Shown here piece by piece: positions 35,850 to 48,784 of a DNA stretch of 64,000 nucleotides (positions are counted from its first letter, which is position 1; every line of letters starts with the position of its first letter). The stretch is from Schmidtea nova (Eukaryota): positions 35,278,001 to 35,342,000 of the forward strand of contig CM097884.1 in assembly GCA_044892505.1 (NCBI GenBank), written 5' to 3'. Under the pieces are notes generated by a model. It was not told the origin of the DNA. It worked only from the letters and a program-made list of their open reading frames with translations, and did not search any database. The translations under genes were made by a program, and so were the position numbers.

Positions 35850-36450
35850 GTTTTTCAATGAATAACATCATTAGAGTTGGAATAAACAGTACATCAGTAA
35901 ATACCATAAAAATGGGGAAATGCATTGTAATTCAACGAATAACAGCGAAATTAAAAACAGGTTGTGTTTCAGTGAATAACATCAAAAGTGACGAAACTGC
36001 ATCAAAAGTAATGAGAACAAATATATTTCAGTGATATACATCAAAAGTTGGAAAAATCATTGTTTTTCAGCCACTAACATTGAAATTTAAAATATATGTA
36101 TTGCTTCAAAGAATAGCATCAAAAGCGAGAATGTGTATTGCGTGTCAATGAATAATATGAAAACATATGTGAATAGTATCGAAAGTGAAAGTATATGCAA
36201 CATTTCAGTGAGCGCCAAAATTGAAAGTATGTGTTGCAATACAGTGAATAACATCAATATCCGAAATATAGTGGAGTTATTAACATCAAAAGTGAATAAA
36301 TGCGTCGATGGACAATGAATAACATCAGAAGATGAAAAATACTCATCGTGTTACAATGAATAGCACCCGCGGAAAATTTAATCGAGGACACAATGATTAG
36401 CACCCGAAGCCATAGTGAAACGAAAACACAACCAATAACATCATATTTAA
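35850..36450 (+). repeat. Degenerate ~36-39-bp tandem array, probably a decayed coding repeat (SVNNIKS-like units)
   Basis: Recurrent core CAGTGAATAACATCAAAAGT with variable linkers. In-frame stretches read SVNNIKS, SKNSIKS, SMNNMKT and TVNNINI. Confidence 0.7.
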
Positions 36451-37277
36451 TAGTTGAAAGAACAGACAAGGAAAAAACGAAATACAGCGTATTTTCTAGA
36501 AACTATGTCTAAATCAATGAATGGAAGGCATTTATTGCAAAGAACTGTGCATTCATCTGGTTATTGAAGGATAACGTTAATGGATAGTAAAGCGTGAGTG
36601 GATAAAAGACAAGGGCTTACAATTATTAGGAATATTATATAGATAAATGGTTGAATAGAGAGATGCGAGAAGGGAAGTGTATTTGAATAAAACGAAAGGT
36701 ATATTAGCCAGAAAGTTGAAAGAGAAAGGATAATAGTTAAAAATAACCAATATAAAAGGATTATTTACTGAAGAGAAGAAAACTTTAAAAAAGATAGTAA
36801 TAGATCAGGAGGTAACCAAAAAGCAATCCAGTTTAATAACAGAAAGGATGAGGAGCAGCAATCGAACTAAGCAAAAGTAAAAGTTGAAGCACCAGCAGCA
36901 GTAAATGACCAGAGAAAATACACCAACTTAAAACTTATCGGACAATGACTGCGTTACCAAACGAAAATAAATCAAGATCAAAGGCGAATTGAAAACAACA
37001 GATTTGACGTCAAACAAGTACATATCGAAAATATTGCCGAGGACGACATTTGAAAGAAACCACAGAGAGAAAAGCACAGAACGTAATAAAAGAAAAGCAA
37101 ACCGGAAATTAAATCTATCAAAAACGGATGGCATGCCTACTTAAAAGATAAATTCGACGAGAAGGAAAACAAGTTTAATAAAGTTAAGCGGGAAAAACAA
37201 ACAACAGAAAACATGGTAAACAGAGATGAATAGTAAAGTTAAACGAGACAAACGAAACCAAAAGTAAAATCGAGTAC

Positions 37278-37343
37278 AAAGACAATCAAAAGACAATCAG
37301 AAGACAATCAAAAGACAATCAAAAGACAATCAAAAGACAATCA
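37278..37343. repeat. 11-bp minisatellite, six copies
   Basis: (AAGACAATCAA) six times with one variant. Confidence 0.9.
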
Positions 37344-38058
37344 TTTTATGAAAGTAAAACCAGATGGAATTTTCATCTCCATTTTTTGAATGATCAAAAA
37401 AACTTCATATTCAAAAAGTTATATATAAAAAGTTAAGAGTTGACAAATTTAAGAGGATCTTTCGAGGTAGAAAGTTATTAGACGTATAAGTCCTTATATC
37501 GACAGCAGAATGGTCAAGCTGGGAGTAGGGTTAACACAGGTGCTCATCTGCCGACTTGCATTCAGCTATCGCATACAGTACCAACGTGTATATGGAAAAA
37601 TATTTGGAAAAGTACAAATTAGTTTACAAACGAGCACCACATAATTTTTCAAGTAAAAAAGACAGTGTCGAAAATTTGTGTTTAATCGAGAAGGTATTGG
37701 CTTCTTGCCTGAAAAAATGAAAATAAAGATAATAATAAATATTAGATAAAAGGTGAAAAAGATAAAATATTTGATTGATAATTATTAAAATCAAAATAAA
37801 AAAGATTTTGATTTATCCCTTTTAAAAATTTGGTATTATTCTTATATTCAAAGTGGAATAGAACAAATAGTGATACCCGTTGAATTCGGATGTGACATTT
37901 ATAAATTAATCTGAAAAATTTTATAAACACTTGAAATGATAATTTATTACGTTAGCACATGTCATTGAACGAAAGTGAAATTTTGATTCAATAATTGATA
38001 AGAACCGACAAATCAACCAATGTATTCATGTGCACTATTTCGTAGAAATCTAAAAATC

Positions 38059-38541
38059 ATGTTTAGGAAAAGTTAACCAATTGATAATTTAATTTGAAAT
38101 AATTGACAAAAATGCACTTTAGAAATCGATCAAGTCAATGATGGCACCGTGATCGAGTTGAATACCTTTTATTCTTTCAGGAGGCAAGCTGATTTTCTGG
38201 ACACGATAGAGGAGAGCATTTTTGGCAGCAAATTCAAGAACAGGGACTGCCATTGTGAATGTGACATTTTTTGGATGGACGATAACTACAGCACCTTTAA
38301 TTTGATAACCGACGACTCGAACTATTTTGAATTGACCTATTACGATGAATTTAATGACCATGTTAATGAAGAAAACTTGGAATATCAAGAATATGACGAC
38401 GACACAGACGAGTTATTTCATTTAGACGATGACCTTTCGGAGATACGATTCAGTCATTACAAATATACTTTTGATCTTTATGATAATGTTTTCGACAATA
38501 ACGATGACAACAGCTGTAAGTTTATTTTACACTGTAATTAA
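38059..38541 (+). CDS. Orphan acidic protein, 143 aa, 2 exons
   Basis: join(38059..38071,38123..38541), with a 51-nt GT-AG intron that keeps the frame (MFRKKIDQVNDGTVIELN...). CCAAT lies about 40 nt upstream. The protein is D/E/Y/F-rich with a CHCEC motif. Confidence 0.45.
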
Positions 38542-39011
38542 TTAAAATTTTCACCTCATTTTAAATATATATTCTATCCATTAAAATCTGTAATCTCCTT
38601 CACCTTTTGATCTTTTACTAATCCATTTATTTTCATACATTTAGATAAAAGATCAAAAATATTTATTTTGTTTTAGTTACAAATTTTGGCACTGAATTTT
38701 TCAAGTTTTTTTATGAACAAAAAAAATTAGGGTTGAAAATTTGTTTGATAAGAGAATAAAAATATTTTTTGATCTATTGTCTATAAATATGAAAATCAAT
38801 AAAATACAAGAAAATTAATTAGACTTGTTCTGCTATACAATTGCTATGGTCTCATAAAAATACGATCACAAGGAAAGTATGCATGCCGTTTTTATTCATT
38901 TTTTTGTTCATTAGACGTGTTTTAAAATTTTCTAAAAGTTGGCTTTAACATATTTGTAAGCTTATTTAAAACGGTGTCATTGTTATATTACAGTCAGAGC
39001 ATTGTCTAAAC

Positions 39012-39221
39012 CAGGGGTGTCAAACTCGCGGCGCGCAATGAACATTTTTGTAACTCGGCCAATATATCGGCACAAAATATAAAATAACAAACCGACGCAG
39101 ACAAAAAATAATACAGATTGAATTCGTCCGATGTTTTTTTCTTATTAAAAAACAATGCGATTTTCTTTGCGGCCCACCTTGATTGTTTGGCCCAAGTTAG
39201 TTTTTAAGTTTGACACCCTTG
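39012..39221. mobile_element. hAT (Buster-type) MITE, 210 bp
   Basis: TIRs CAGGGGTGTCAAACT and CAAGGGTGTCAAACT (14/15). TSD GTCTAAAC / GTCTAACC (7/8, central TA). Confidence 0.9.
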
Positions 39222-39339
39222 GTCTAACCCAGCCGTGTATTGATATAAATCACTCTTTAACAACTCCATGACCTAAGGTGGAAATAAAGAACACAGAGCT
39301 TTTATTTTTAAAATACATATAGACCGACATAAGTATATA

Positions 39340-40500
39340 TTATTTTCTACATATGAGTCATGTTGCTTCAAAAATTTTTACCAGCGCTGAAGGAGTTCCA
39401 GAAAATAATTTTGAAGAAATCCAGGATGCATTTACAGAAGAAATTCTTAACCGTGAGCTCTAAATCTTAGGCCCCAGCGCATGATTTCTCTCTTCAATGC
39501 TTCTTTAAATGTCGAAAAAGGTAGTAGTCACTAAGTGCAAAATCAGGAATATAAGGAAGGCGCTCGTCAAAATATAATATTATCTTTTCATGTTTCCAAC
39601 AATTTCTCTTTTGGCTGTAGTTTTGAAAGGATTTCGAACCAATTATCAATCAAATCCATTTCACAAATGTCATGAGATGGAGCATAGCATTCATTTTTTA
39701 GCACAGTTACTAATGCACCATTTTCAGAGTAAAGCACAATACTAGAGATTCGACCCGACACATACAATAATAGAAATGAAACATGATTGTATTTTAGAGT
39801 TGTTAGACTTCACAACGACAGTTGAAATCTGTACAGCAGGATGGATAACCAGTATATTCTAAAGTATTCTCTAATTTTTAGAAATCAATACTCAAAATGA
39901 CAGAAAAAACAACAATTCTTCAACTTTTAATAAAATCACAAACTTCTTAAAAAATACAATTTCAAAATTTCCTTCATTTAGCAAAATTACATTGAAATAT
40001 ATAAACAAACCCTAATTAAACATAATTTCTAAAAAAATCCTTATTTTACAAATTTCATTTTTTACAGAAAAGATATAAATATCACAGCACAAAGATAAGA
40101 AAAAAACATTAATTTTATCCATAAAGATTTTATTAATCACAATTGACCAGTGGTCAAGAAGCGTCAAATGTCTGCTAATTGTTATGCAAAAACAACAGCC
40201 GAATCTCTGCCTGTTTTCTCTTCTTTATTCTAACTGTTGCAAAATGATCGCTGTAGTACTTGGCATTAATCTTAATCAACTTGTCAGCGAAGTTAATATG
40301 CACAACGCCTTTGATATCGAAGAAGATGAAATTTTCCTGTAAGTGACCTTATCTGTCGTTATCAAAAAACTGATTTAAGACTTTTTCTGAATGTATTTAG
40401 CCAGTTTTTTATAGTTGATAAAAATGGAGTATACTTTTGATAGGTAGTCAGCAGAACTCGTAAAGTTCACCACTGGTTTCCTTCAGAAAGATAAAGAATT
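39340..40500 (-). mobile_element. mariner transposase remnant in pieces
   Basis: TIKNWLNTFR, FFDIKGVVHI..INAKYY, LFLHNN and LPYIPDFALSDYYLFRHLK (compare PPYSPDLAPSDY.LF). Confidence 0.65.
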
Positions 40501-42569
40501 TTATAACACTTCAATATTAGATAAGTAAAATCATGACTTTGACAATTTTTCAAAACTCTGGCATCATTTTGATAAAAATAACAAAGTAAGACAAACTTCA
40601 TTTTTTAAAAATTTATACCTGTATGGATACTTTAAAATGAAAAATGACTAAGTTATTATTTTTAATTCTATATTTAGCAAAGGACTTGTTGAACGTACCA
40701 CGTATATTCATTAGGAAGTGGTGTCTAATTCTCACTCATATATTCAGTGGTTTCTCATTTATTAGAAAATGATGGTATACTATAGTACTGGTTAAAAATT
40801 ATTGAGAATTTAAGGTCATTTAAAATTATGTATTCTGGTCTGAAAAATGATTGTAAATATCTATTTGACAATGATATTTTTGAAAATTTGGCTAGTTAAT
40901 CATTTGCCGATGACAAATATAATAAAACCTTATCGAACTACAATTTTGTTGACCTATGACAAAATTATACGTAAATATGAGATGCGTAAAAAAGAATTAC
41001 ATATATTAGGAGACTTATTTGCTTACTTAAGTTCATTGACTAAAGTGTTTAGAATTCCATATATATATATATGTTTAAACTTGCCTAAATTCGTATGAAA
41101 ATGCATCTCCCATATAACGCTATTTCCTATTACGCGAAGCACATACCCCTTATTATACATGAGTCTACTGCATATCTAAGCGGGACATCTCTATGATTAT
41201 CGCAATATTCATGTTATATAGAAGAGTTCTGCTGATCGCTACAGTAAACCATGAAGACAATCCATCTCTAAAATATTATTTATTGTTTTTATAGTGAAAG
41301 TCATTAATTCTGGGAAATTATTATGTTTATCTCACATTGAGTATTATTTATTATTTCTATTAGATTCCAGTGAACAAAGTGATTATTGTGGAATTCCAGA
41401 AAAATATCTCAGAAATATGTCAGTTACCTCTAGAAGATCCTTATGCGTTCCTCACAAAACTATTACAGGAAATAGTGACATTTATCGTTTGTACTACCCA
41501 CTCTACGAGCCATAGATTATTTTACTCCTTATCTTGTGATTTTATTCATATATTTATAAAATTATTAACAAATAATTTGGTTGATTCATAGGAATAAGAT
41601 GTACATGGGTCTCACTTTCCTAGATAACAGTGAGCCCAACAATCCATTTTAATTATTTTATTTATTAAAAGATTTTTTTCAGTATTTATTCCTTCTGACA
41701 GCCAAGGTATAATTTGTTAAAAATGTTACATTCTGAGCAATGAATCACATCAACTAATTCACTTAAAAATTCGCTGGGATCACTTTTTATCCTCTCACAA
41801 TCAATAATCATACTAACTATCTATAACTCCTTTTTATTTCCTGGCATAAAACCACAATCTATTAAAAATTCATCATTGTTTAAATATCTATTTTTAGATT
41901 TCAATTCTACTGTTCATTCTTCACATTTCTCTTTTAAACTAGTTTTAAATCTTTTACGCAATCATAGGCTGCACAAAGATAACTAATTGCACTTTTATCA
42001 ATTAACGCATGCTAACAAGATTTTCAGTTTTGAACAATTATTCATTTCTGATTTATGACAAAGATCTTGTATATGTTTTGTTTATATAGTTTGAACAATC
42101 ACACACAAGGGTTTATACTGTATTAGTCTCAACGCTTGAAACATTTCAGGTTTGAGCATACAAGTAGTTTTTTAGCCAACTTGTATAGGTTAATACTAGT
42201 TACCATATCCATAGTAACTGTAATTGATTGAATCTGAATATCCTTGATTTTATATTGTAACACATTTAAATTTAGATGTTTGTTAGATCCCATTATTATT
42301 ATATTTCCAACTTTTAAAGAATATTATAAAGTATTTGCCACATCTATTCACAATCTGTTGAAGCTTCCAACTTCAATATTCGAAATCTCATTTATATTTA
42401 ACAATATATTATGAAAAAAATAAAATATTTCCTACACAAATTCATTTAATTGATTGATATAAACAAAACCTACATAGCTTTAATGGAAGTTGGAAAACTT
42501 TGTTTGTTTGTAAATTACTAAAATCAAAGCTATTCAACTTTAAATTTAATAAGATATATTGTATTTAAG

Positions 42570-43035
42570 GTGCTGATGAAGAACATGAATTACTGCAATC
42601 AAACTTTTGTAAACAGATATCTTCGATATCCTCAGGCGATAACTTTTTACTTCTCGCCCGTGGTACTGTAATATTTTCAATTCTTCCGGTTTTTAATATA
42701 CATTTATGATAGAGCTAACACTTTTTACATTCAAATCGTATTTTCCCCCGATATCTTTAATTGGCATCCCCGAGTGATATTTTCCCACCACATTTCTCTT
42801 TGTTCTCGAATCAATGTTTATTCTTGTCCTTCTATTAACATTTTGAGAAGCATTAACATCAAAGTTTCCCGAATTTTCGTTGTTTAGTTGCATGATGATG
42901 GTCATAAACAAATTTATATTTGGATTTGGATTTAACTTATTTTAAATGGATTTAACTTATTTTTAAATGGATTTAATTAATTTTTAAAAGGATTAAGTTG
43001 AGCTTTAAAAGGATTTAAGAAGCTGAAAAACCCTG
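42570..43035 (-). mobile_element. Tc1/IS630-like element, 5' fragment
   Basis: HTH-like RNVVGKYHSGMPIKDIGGKYDLNVKSVSSIINVY*KTGRI. The minus-strand terminus is TA|CAGGGT at 43035. ~21-bp subterminal repeats lie at 42925-43015. Confidence 0.55.
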
Positions 43036-43079
43036 TAAAATAGTTAAAAGATAAATTTAGTTAAGTCACTTAATGAAAT

Positions 43080-44600
43080 GTGATGTTATCATATACGATG
43101 ATTTGTATCGAGAATCGAATAAAAAAAGAATTTAATTTATTTACGAAAATCAGTAGACATGTTGGAGTCACAGTTATTTTTATAACTGAAAATCTAATCA
43201 AAGAACTCGTAATTTGAACGTACTATATTTAGTTGTTTTCAAAAATACAAGAGATGTAACTATTATTAATTTTCTTTCAGGACAAAAGTATCCGAATAAT
43301 CTTAAATTTTTTATAATTGTATTTAAATATGTTACGAAAGAACCTCACGCATATATTTTCCTTGATTTTACCCAGAAATGTCCCGATAAATAACTTGTTA
43401 AAATTGATGTTTTCAATAAAAATCGGGCTATGGTTTATAAATAAAGCTGAAACTCAATATAATAGTAATCATGTATTTAAACGTCCATGTTAAAAGTTCG
43501 AAATTGGTAAAAGAAAAGTTTGTAAATGTTTCAAAACTCAGAAAAACTCTCAAACAAACCTATTAAATTCACAAAAAAACCAGTATTGACCCATTGAAAA
43601 ATATTCCAAAATAAATCTCATATCTCATAATATTAAACCAAAATCAAAATCAAAACATGGTAAAACTGAGCCAATTCATAGCAGTTTCCCATTCTTCACT
43701 GCTTTAGTAAATGTCCGAAGTGTGAAAAGTATGAGAATTTTACAATTATTTCCTAATTTTGTCATTGATGATTTACTGGATATTCTACTCAAAATAGTAA
43801 AAGGCAATATTTCTTTAAGTAATTCTAAAATATCTATATTGAAAAAAACATAAGAAACCATAACTTAGTATTGTTAATACAAAATTTTGTAAAAAAATGC
43901 GTAAAGTCATACATAAAAAACATTGGGGGTTTATCGGCGCATTCTTACTTTAAAAACTATCTTAACTGGGTGGAGTAGGCTAAATCAGAAAACAGTCACA
44001 GGCAATGAGAGATGATAATTGATTAGCCAATTTTAATCTAAATTTCAGGTATTTTTGCTGCAATCGGAAGCTATAAAAATGTTTAGGGATTGATAATATG
44101 TTAATTTACAAACTGATTTTGGTAAAAATATTTTACAATGGTAAAGTGAAACAAGTTCTCAATAAACACAACATAAATCACCACACTGCATTCTTAATAC
44201 AATGCAACCCATGTTGAACGATTTATCAAATATTGAGAGAAAAACTCAAAACGTATTTTGTGCATCAAGGTAATAAAATGGATAAATGTTTTGTCGCTAA
44301 TCATATATAGTTACAATCATTCACAACATAGAGGAATAGAGGGATTAAGAACTGTGGATATTTCTTTAAAAAGTCATATTGAATTATGGATTTTTAAAAA
44401 AGGAAAAGTTAGAAACCTAAACATAAAGTTGGTGATCATGTTAGAATATCCAAAATTAGTGCATCACCATTCATTAAAAATTTCGATACAAATTGGAGTG
44501 ATGAAGTGTTTGTTATTACAAAAATTATTATACTAAATATACTCCTGTCATGTATGTTATTCTGGATTACGAGTAGAAGGTATTTCATATTAGAAATACA
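43080..44600 (+). mobile_element. Polinton/Maverick remnant: packaging ATPase, small basic ORF and integrase, all decayed
   Basis: ATPase: VIIYDDL..LFTKISRH..VIFITEN..VVFKNTRD..GQKYP..TKEPHAYIFLDF. Small ORF: DDLLDILLKIVKGNISL..LKKHKK..GFIGAFL. Integrase: LQTDFGK..YNGKVK, YSYNHSQHRGI, KVGDHVRISK..NWSDEVFVI. Confidence 0.85.
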
Positions 44601-44979
44601 CTCTTTATTAAAAATAAAATAAGCGAATATTAAACAATACTTCAAATTTTGATATGTACATACGTTATACGGTTATATGTTCTATCATATCAAAATAACT
44701 GAGCTGAAAAGTCTTCACAATTTTTAAATATATTTTCGATGATACCTGTATCCCCCCTGTTTTTTCCAACTGAACACAAAATTACGGAATAATATTAATT
44801 TCAAGTGTTAGGAAGGAAATAAAAACTGCAAAAATTTATTTAAAATTAGAAATAAAACATTTTGATCGATTTATCTAGATCAAATCTGTTGTTACACGTA
44901 ACAAACACGATACATTCAATGTACTACAAACTAACATGTTTTCATCAGTATTGTCTGCATAATCTTTGATTTTTTACAC

Positions 44980-45350
44980 CGTGTTTCACTGAAACATCTC
45001 ACATATAATAATCAGTAAACTTATACTATAGAAAATTACACACCTACCTGTATCTTATTCATTGCTGTTTTAGTCAAGTATCATTTATTATGTTGTAGAA
45101 AAAGAGAGAAAAAACATAATCACACACAAACGCAAAGCATAGAAAAAACAAAAGTAAACTTTCAAATGCGTTAATTGTTTCATTCTATAGTCTCACACAA
45201 AATTTTAATCATCAGAAATATTGAAAATTAAAATTTTTTTAAATGAATTTGAGGAATATACTTTGAGTTTTCGTGAAAATGATGAAATATTATCGTAAGT
45301 AATATAATTTAAGTTATAATAAATTTTTATTTTCACAGAATTTCAGAAAA
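44980..45350 (+). repeat. Dispersed repeat, copy A (copy B at about 61275-61660)
   Basis: Shared blocks TGTTTCACT, CACACACAAAC.CAAA.CATAGAAAAAACA and ACTTTGAGTTTTCG.GAAAAT.ATGAAATA, followed in both by a 43-44-nt GT..AG segment. Confidence 0.7.
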
Positions 45351-45579
45351 TATAACCCTTTTCTTAATCCAATTGAAAGTGTATTTAGCAAAATCAAATG
45401 CAGTTTACGGAACACTTTCTTACGATTCAATGTCTTTCCAAGACAGAATTTTTTTGGTGACAAATGCTCTCGAAGACGAATTAAATAAGTATGACTATAA
45501 AAAATTAGAATATGTTTTCATATATATTCGCCAATTATTTCCCAAATGTTTTCAAAAAATAGAAATCTTTGGAGATTAA
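45345..45579 (+). pseudogene. Tc1/IS630-like transposase C-terminal fragment
   Basis: KYNPFLNPIESVFSKIK matches PYSP.LNPIE..FSK.K. A frameshifted tail ends FPKCFQKIEI. Confidence 0.6.
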
Positions 45580-46639
45580 TGTATTTTATAAATAAATTTT
45601 AGTTAAAAATGAAATTTTACTTTCTCTTTATTTAAATAATTCTAAAAAATCATAAACATTTCCTACAAGTATTTAGAAATTAAATAAAAATAAAGTTGTT
45701 GAAAATAGACAACCTTTTAAAGCTTTTATAGTAATCTCATATCATTATGTAATCAAAGTAAGAGCCTTAAAAGTTTTCCTAATAAATAAAATTACCTGAA
45801 AGTCATTTTAAAATTGCTAATGCCAAAAATTAAAAAAAAAGAATAATAATAACTTTGGGCACGTCACACTCACGTGTATTATAGGTGAGAAACGTCAGTG
45901 AAACCCGGTGCATGTTGTGATTTTGCGTATATTATTTAAATATAGGGTAATTCAATTTTATGTATTTTTTAAAATGCCTATTTTTATAATTAATTATATA
46001 TTGTGATAATAATAAAGTTTCTGAACAAATTTTATTTATGATAAAAGGCAATATCCTGATAAAGTTTAGTTGGCAAAATAGTCTTTATAATATGGTGATC
46101 AACTTCATATATAAACTTTATACTCTAATAATGGTTAGAATCGATTTTGGGAATCAGCTGAAAAATAGTCCACGTGAAGAGACTGAAGTTGTATTGATTG
46201 AATTTTAAATTCGTTTTTTTGAAGAAATCTTCTTGCATCATATTTTGAGGAAAATTAACTGTTTATAAATCTTAATCCAAAAAATTTGTATTTTATTTCT
46301 TATTTTAAATTTTCAACAAATTAAAAATAATTCAAATAATTTAATTTTAATTATATAGCCTTTTTTGAAGAACGGAGTGTATATCGATAACAATTTAATG
46401 TCAGTAATTGTAGATTGGAACATTTACGTAACAATATATACATAAACTAGCGAAGGAATCTAATGTTGAGTAATTTAATTTTATTATAGTTTAGTCAGGA
46501 TCAAGTGACGTGCTCTGGTGGGAAATAAATACTGAATTTTATTTTTATATCAGTCATCATCGTTAAATCCGTACACGAGTTTGACTTATTCTATGTTAAA
46601 AATTTTATTTTTGTTATTCTTTTTAATTAGTACACTGCT

Positions 46640-47900
46640 ATTAGATTTTAGTGTAACTATTGGGTATGGTCCTAACAAGGTTGCATATGATGAACTTCGC
46701 TTTTTGTAACCCAGAAATGGTTTGATTTACGTAATGCAGAGGGAATATAGGTATTTTGGTAAGTTGAAGTGTTGAACGAAGTCTTTTTACCAGTTTGTAA
46801 AACATGCACAATAAGAAAATAGTTTTCAACTTTTAAAAGATTCGCTGATTAATGCTTCTCTCCGTAGCATTGATGTAAACTCATTTTTCGAAATAAAAGC
46901 TGATGCTTCTAATACTGATTTCGTTGCAGTTTCATATAAAATAAAAGATCCGTTTGCCTACTTTTGAAGATCTCTTTCTGCTTAGGAAAGAATTAATCCT
47001 CTGTAGAATTAGAAGCTTTAGTCGTAGTAAAAGATGTTGTCTCTCCAGAGCAAAGGCGATTCTCAGAAATCAATCTTTCGTAAGAACATCCACTGACTTT
47101 GTTGTTTCCAAGTTTCCGACAATAAATACATGATGATAGTGGTGGATAAATTTTCTAGATTCCTTTTTGCTTTCGCATACATTGACATATGTGATTCAAC
47201 CGTAATTTGCAAACTCTCAAAATCTTTTACACTTACCGGGAATCCTGATTCAGTCCATAGTGATTAAGGCTCGCAATTTATGTTGAAAGAGCTATGCAAT
47301 TTTCATGGCAATATCGACATCTCTTACACTAGAACCACTCTTTACAAACCTTGAGGAAATGGAAAATATGAGCGCCACAAAGATATAATATAGACGTCAA
47401 TCTTACTAGCATTACGGACGAAAGATTTAAGCTAAGCCTCCGAGAAAATATGTTGTCAAATGTTTTACAATCAATGAGTTCGTTAATTAACACTCGCATA
47501 AACTTCACACCCCATGAAAAGATTTCATTCATGTGGTGAACTACTAATAGTTAATCTCATCCATCTTGACTAGAAATGGGCAATTTTGCTCAGCTACGTA
47601 GATAAGACTGGCTTTATAAAAGGGGCTTTTTTTAAAAGAAGTTAAAACTTTAGATGTTAACCCCATCACACTTTTGCTTGTTTTCCTGTAAGTAAAGAAG
47701 ATTCCGTAAACCTATGGAATTTAGCTCCTTGTCCAGTAACGCCTTAAGAAGAAGACGTATTAAATTTAGATACAGAAATAAACGGATCGCTTCAACCAAG
47801 TGATTAAACCCCTACCAAATGTTTCACTGGAGAATGATTTAATCTGAATGTCCATACGATATCTTGACTTCTTTCGAGGCTTGCAAGAAGAGGAGAGTAT
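46640..47900 (+). mobile_element. Ty3/Gypsy pol remnant
   Basis: FQLLKDSLINA..IKADASN..FAYF*RSL..ELEAL (RNase H). IVVDKFSRF..NPDSVHSD*GSQF..GNGKYER (integrase). A purine tract AAGAAGAGGAGAG lies at about 47885. Confidence 0.75.
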
Positions 47901-48184
47901 TGCGATTTTATGTTTTTGTTTTAATATATGTTAATTCAATTTTATGTATTACTAAAAATGTTTATCCTTTAAAATTATTTGTATATCCTATTATGAATTG
48001 TATTTTAGACTAATAAATCTTACTGAAGACTTGGATTTGTCATTTTCAACAGTTTAAAAGCAGTTTTTAATAATCTGAAAATTTAATCAAAATTATAATC
48101 TTTGTGAGAACGAATAAAGAAAAATGAATAGACATATTTTAACACAAGACTTCTACATTGAGCCAAAGTGACTGCTAATATCTA

Positions 48185-48784
48185 TTATTCAATCATTTCC
48201 GGGTTTAAATCTGTGGTGGTTGACGGAATATTGCGATCTATCGAGTCCAGTATATAACAGTCTTCCTCGGGTATTCCATCTTTAAACAATTCTTGGGATA
48301 TTCTTCGTAAGTCTAAATGAAGACATTCATAATTCTCGGGTTTCAAATTGCCCATAACGTCAATTTCAAAATCATGAATCGTCGGTGATAATGGAGGGGA
48401 AAAAGATCCAGGAGTTAAAGATGTGTACTGAATATCATCCGGTCTACTAGGGAGTTTTTCTGGAGTTGTTGGTACTGAGGTAGGATTGCTATTTAATGAG
48501 AGATTATCGTAAAGCATATCACATGGTATTTTTAACTGCATATCACTGGCATTTGTAATGAGTGTACTCAGCGATCCATGCCGGCTAGACAAGGGACTTG
48601 AGGATGGATTGGATTCGACATTTAGATATATTGATGATTCTTTACAATTCTGGATTGATTTAATTTGATTTAGGAGTTTACTATGTTTATTAGTTTGCTG
48701 AGAATATCCATCAGATTGCAATTTAAATTTCAACTTTTCTTGGAACTGCTGTTGCCCAATTCTTAGCTTTTCAATCCAAGTGTT
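48185..48784 (-). CDS. Probable last exon of an unidentified host gene (Ser/Pro-rich, 199 codons)
   Basis: Polypyrimidine tract plus CAG acceptor at 48785-48787, then an uninterrupted NTWIEKLRIG...NPEMIE*. A 45-nt intron (48785-48829) and a short upstream exon are plausible. No transposon motif. Confidence 0.6.
   Translation of the reverse strand, partial: NTWIEKLRIGQQQFQEKLKFKLQSDGYSQQTNKHSKLLNQIKSIQNCKESSIYLNVESNPSSSPLSSRHGSLSTLITNASDMQLKIPCDMLYDNLSLNSNPTSVPTTPEKLPSRPDDIQYTSLTPGSFSPPLSPTIHDFEIDVMGNLKPENYECLHLDLRRISQELFKDGIPEEDCYILDSIDRNIPSTTTDLNPEMIE

Noticed and set aside
35850-36450. CRISPR-like repeat-spacer appearance
   Set aside because: The context is eukaryotic, the repeats are degenerate, the linkers are short and mutually similar, and there are no cas genes.
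41280-41591. Exons separated by a 23-nt micro-intron, with a DPY-30/RIIa-like LEDPYAFLTKLL
   Set aside because: I could not build a consistent spliced frame, and the motif similarity is too short.
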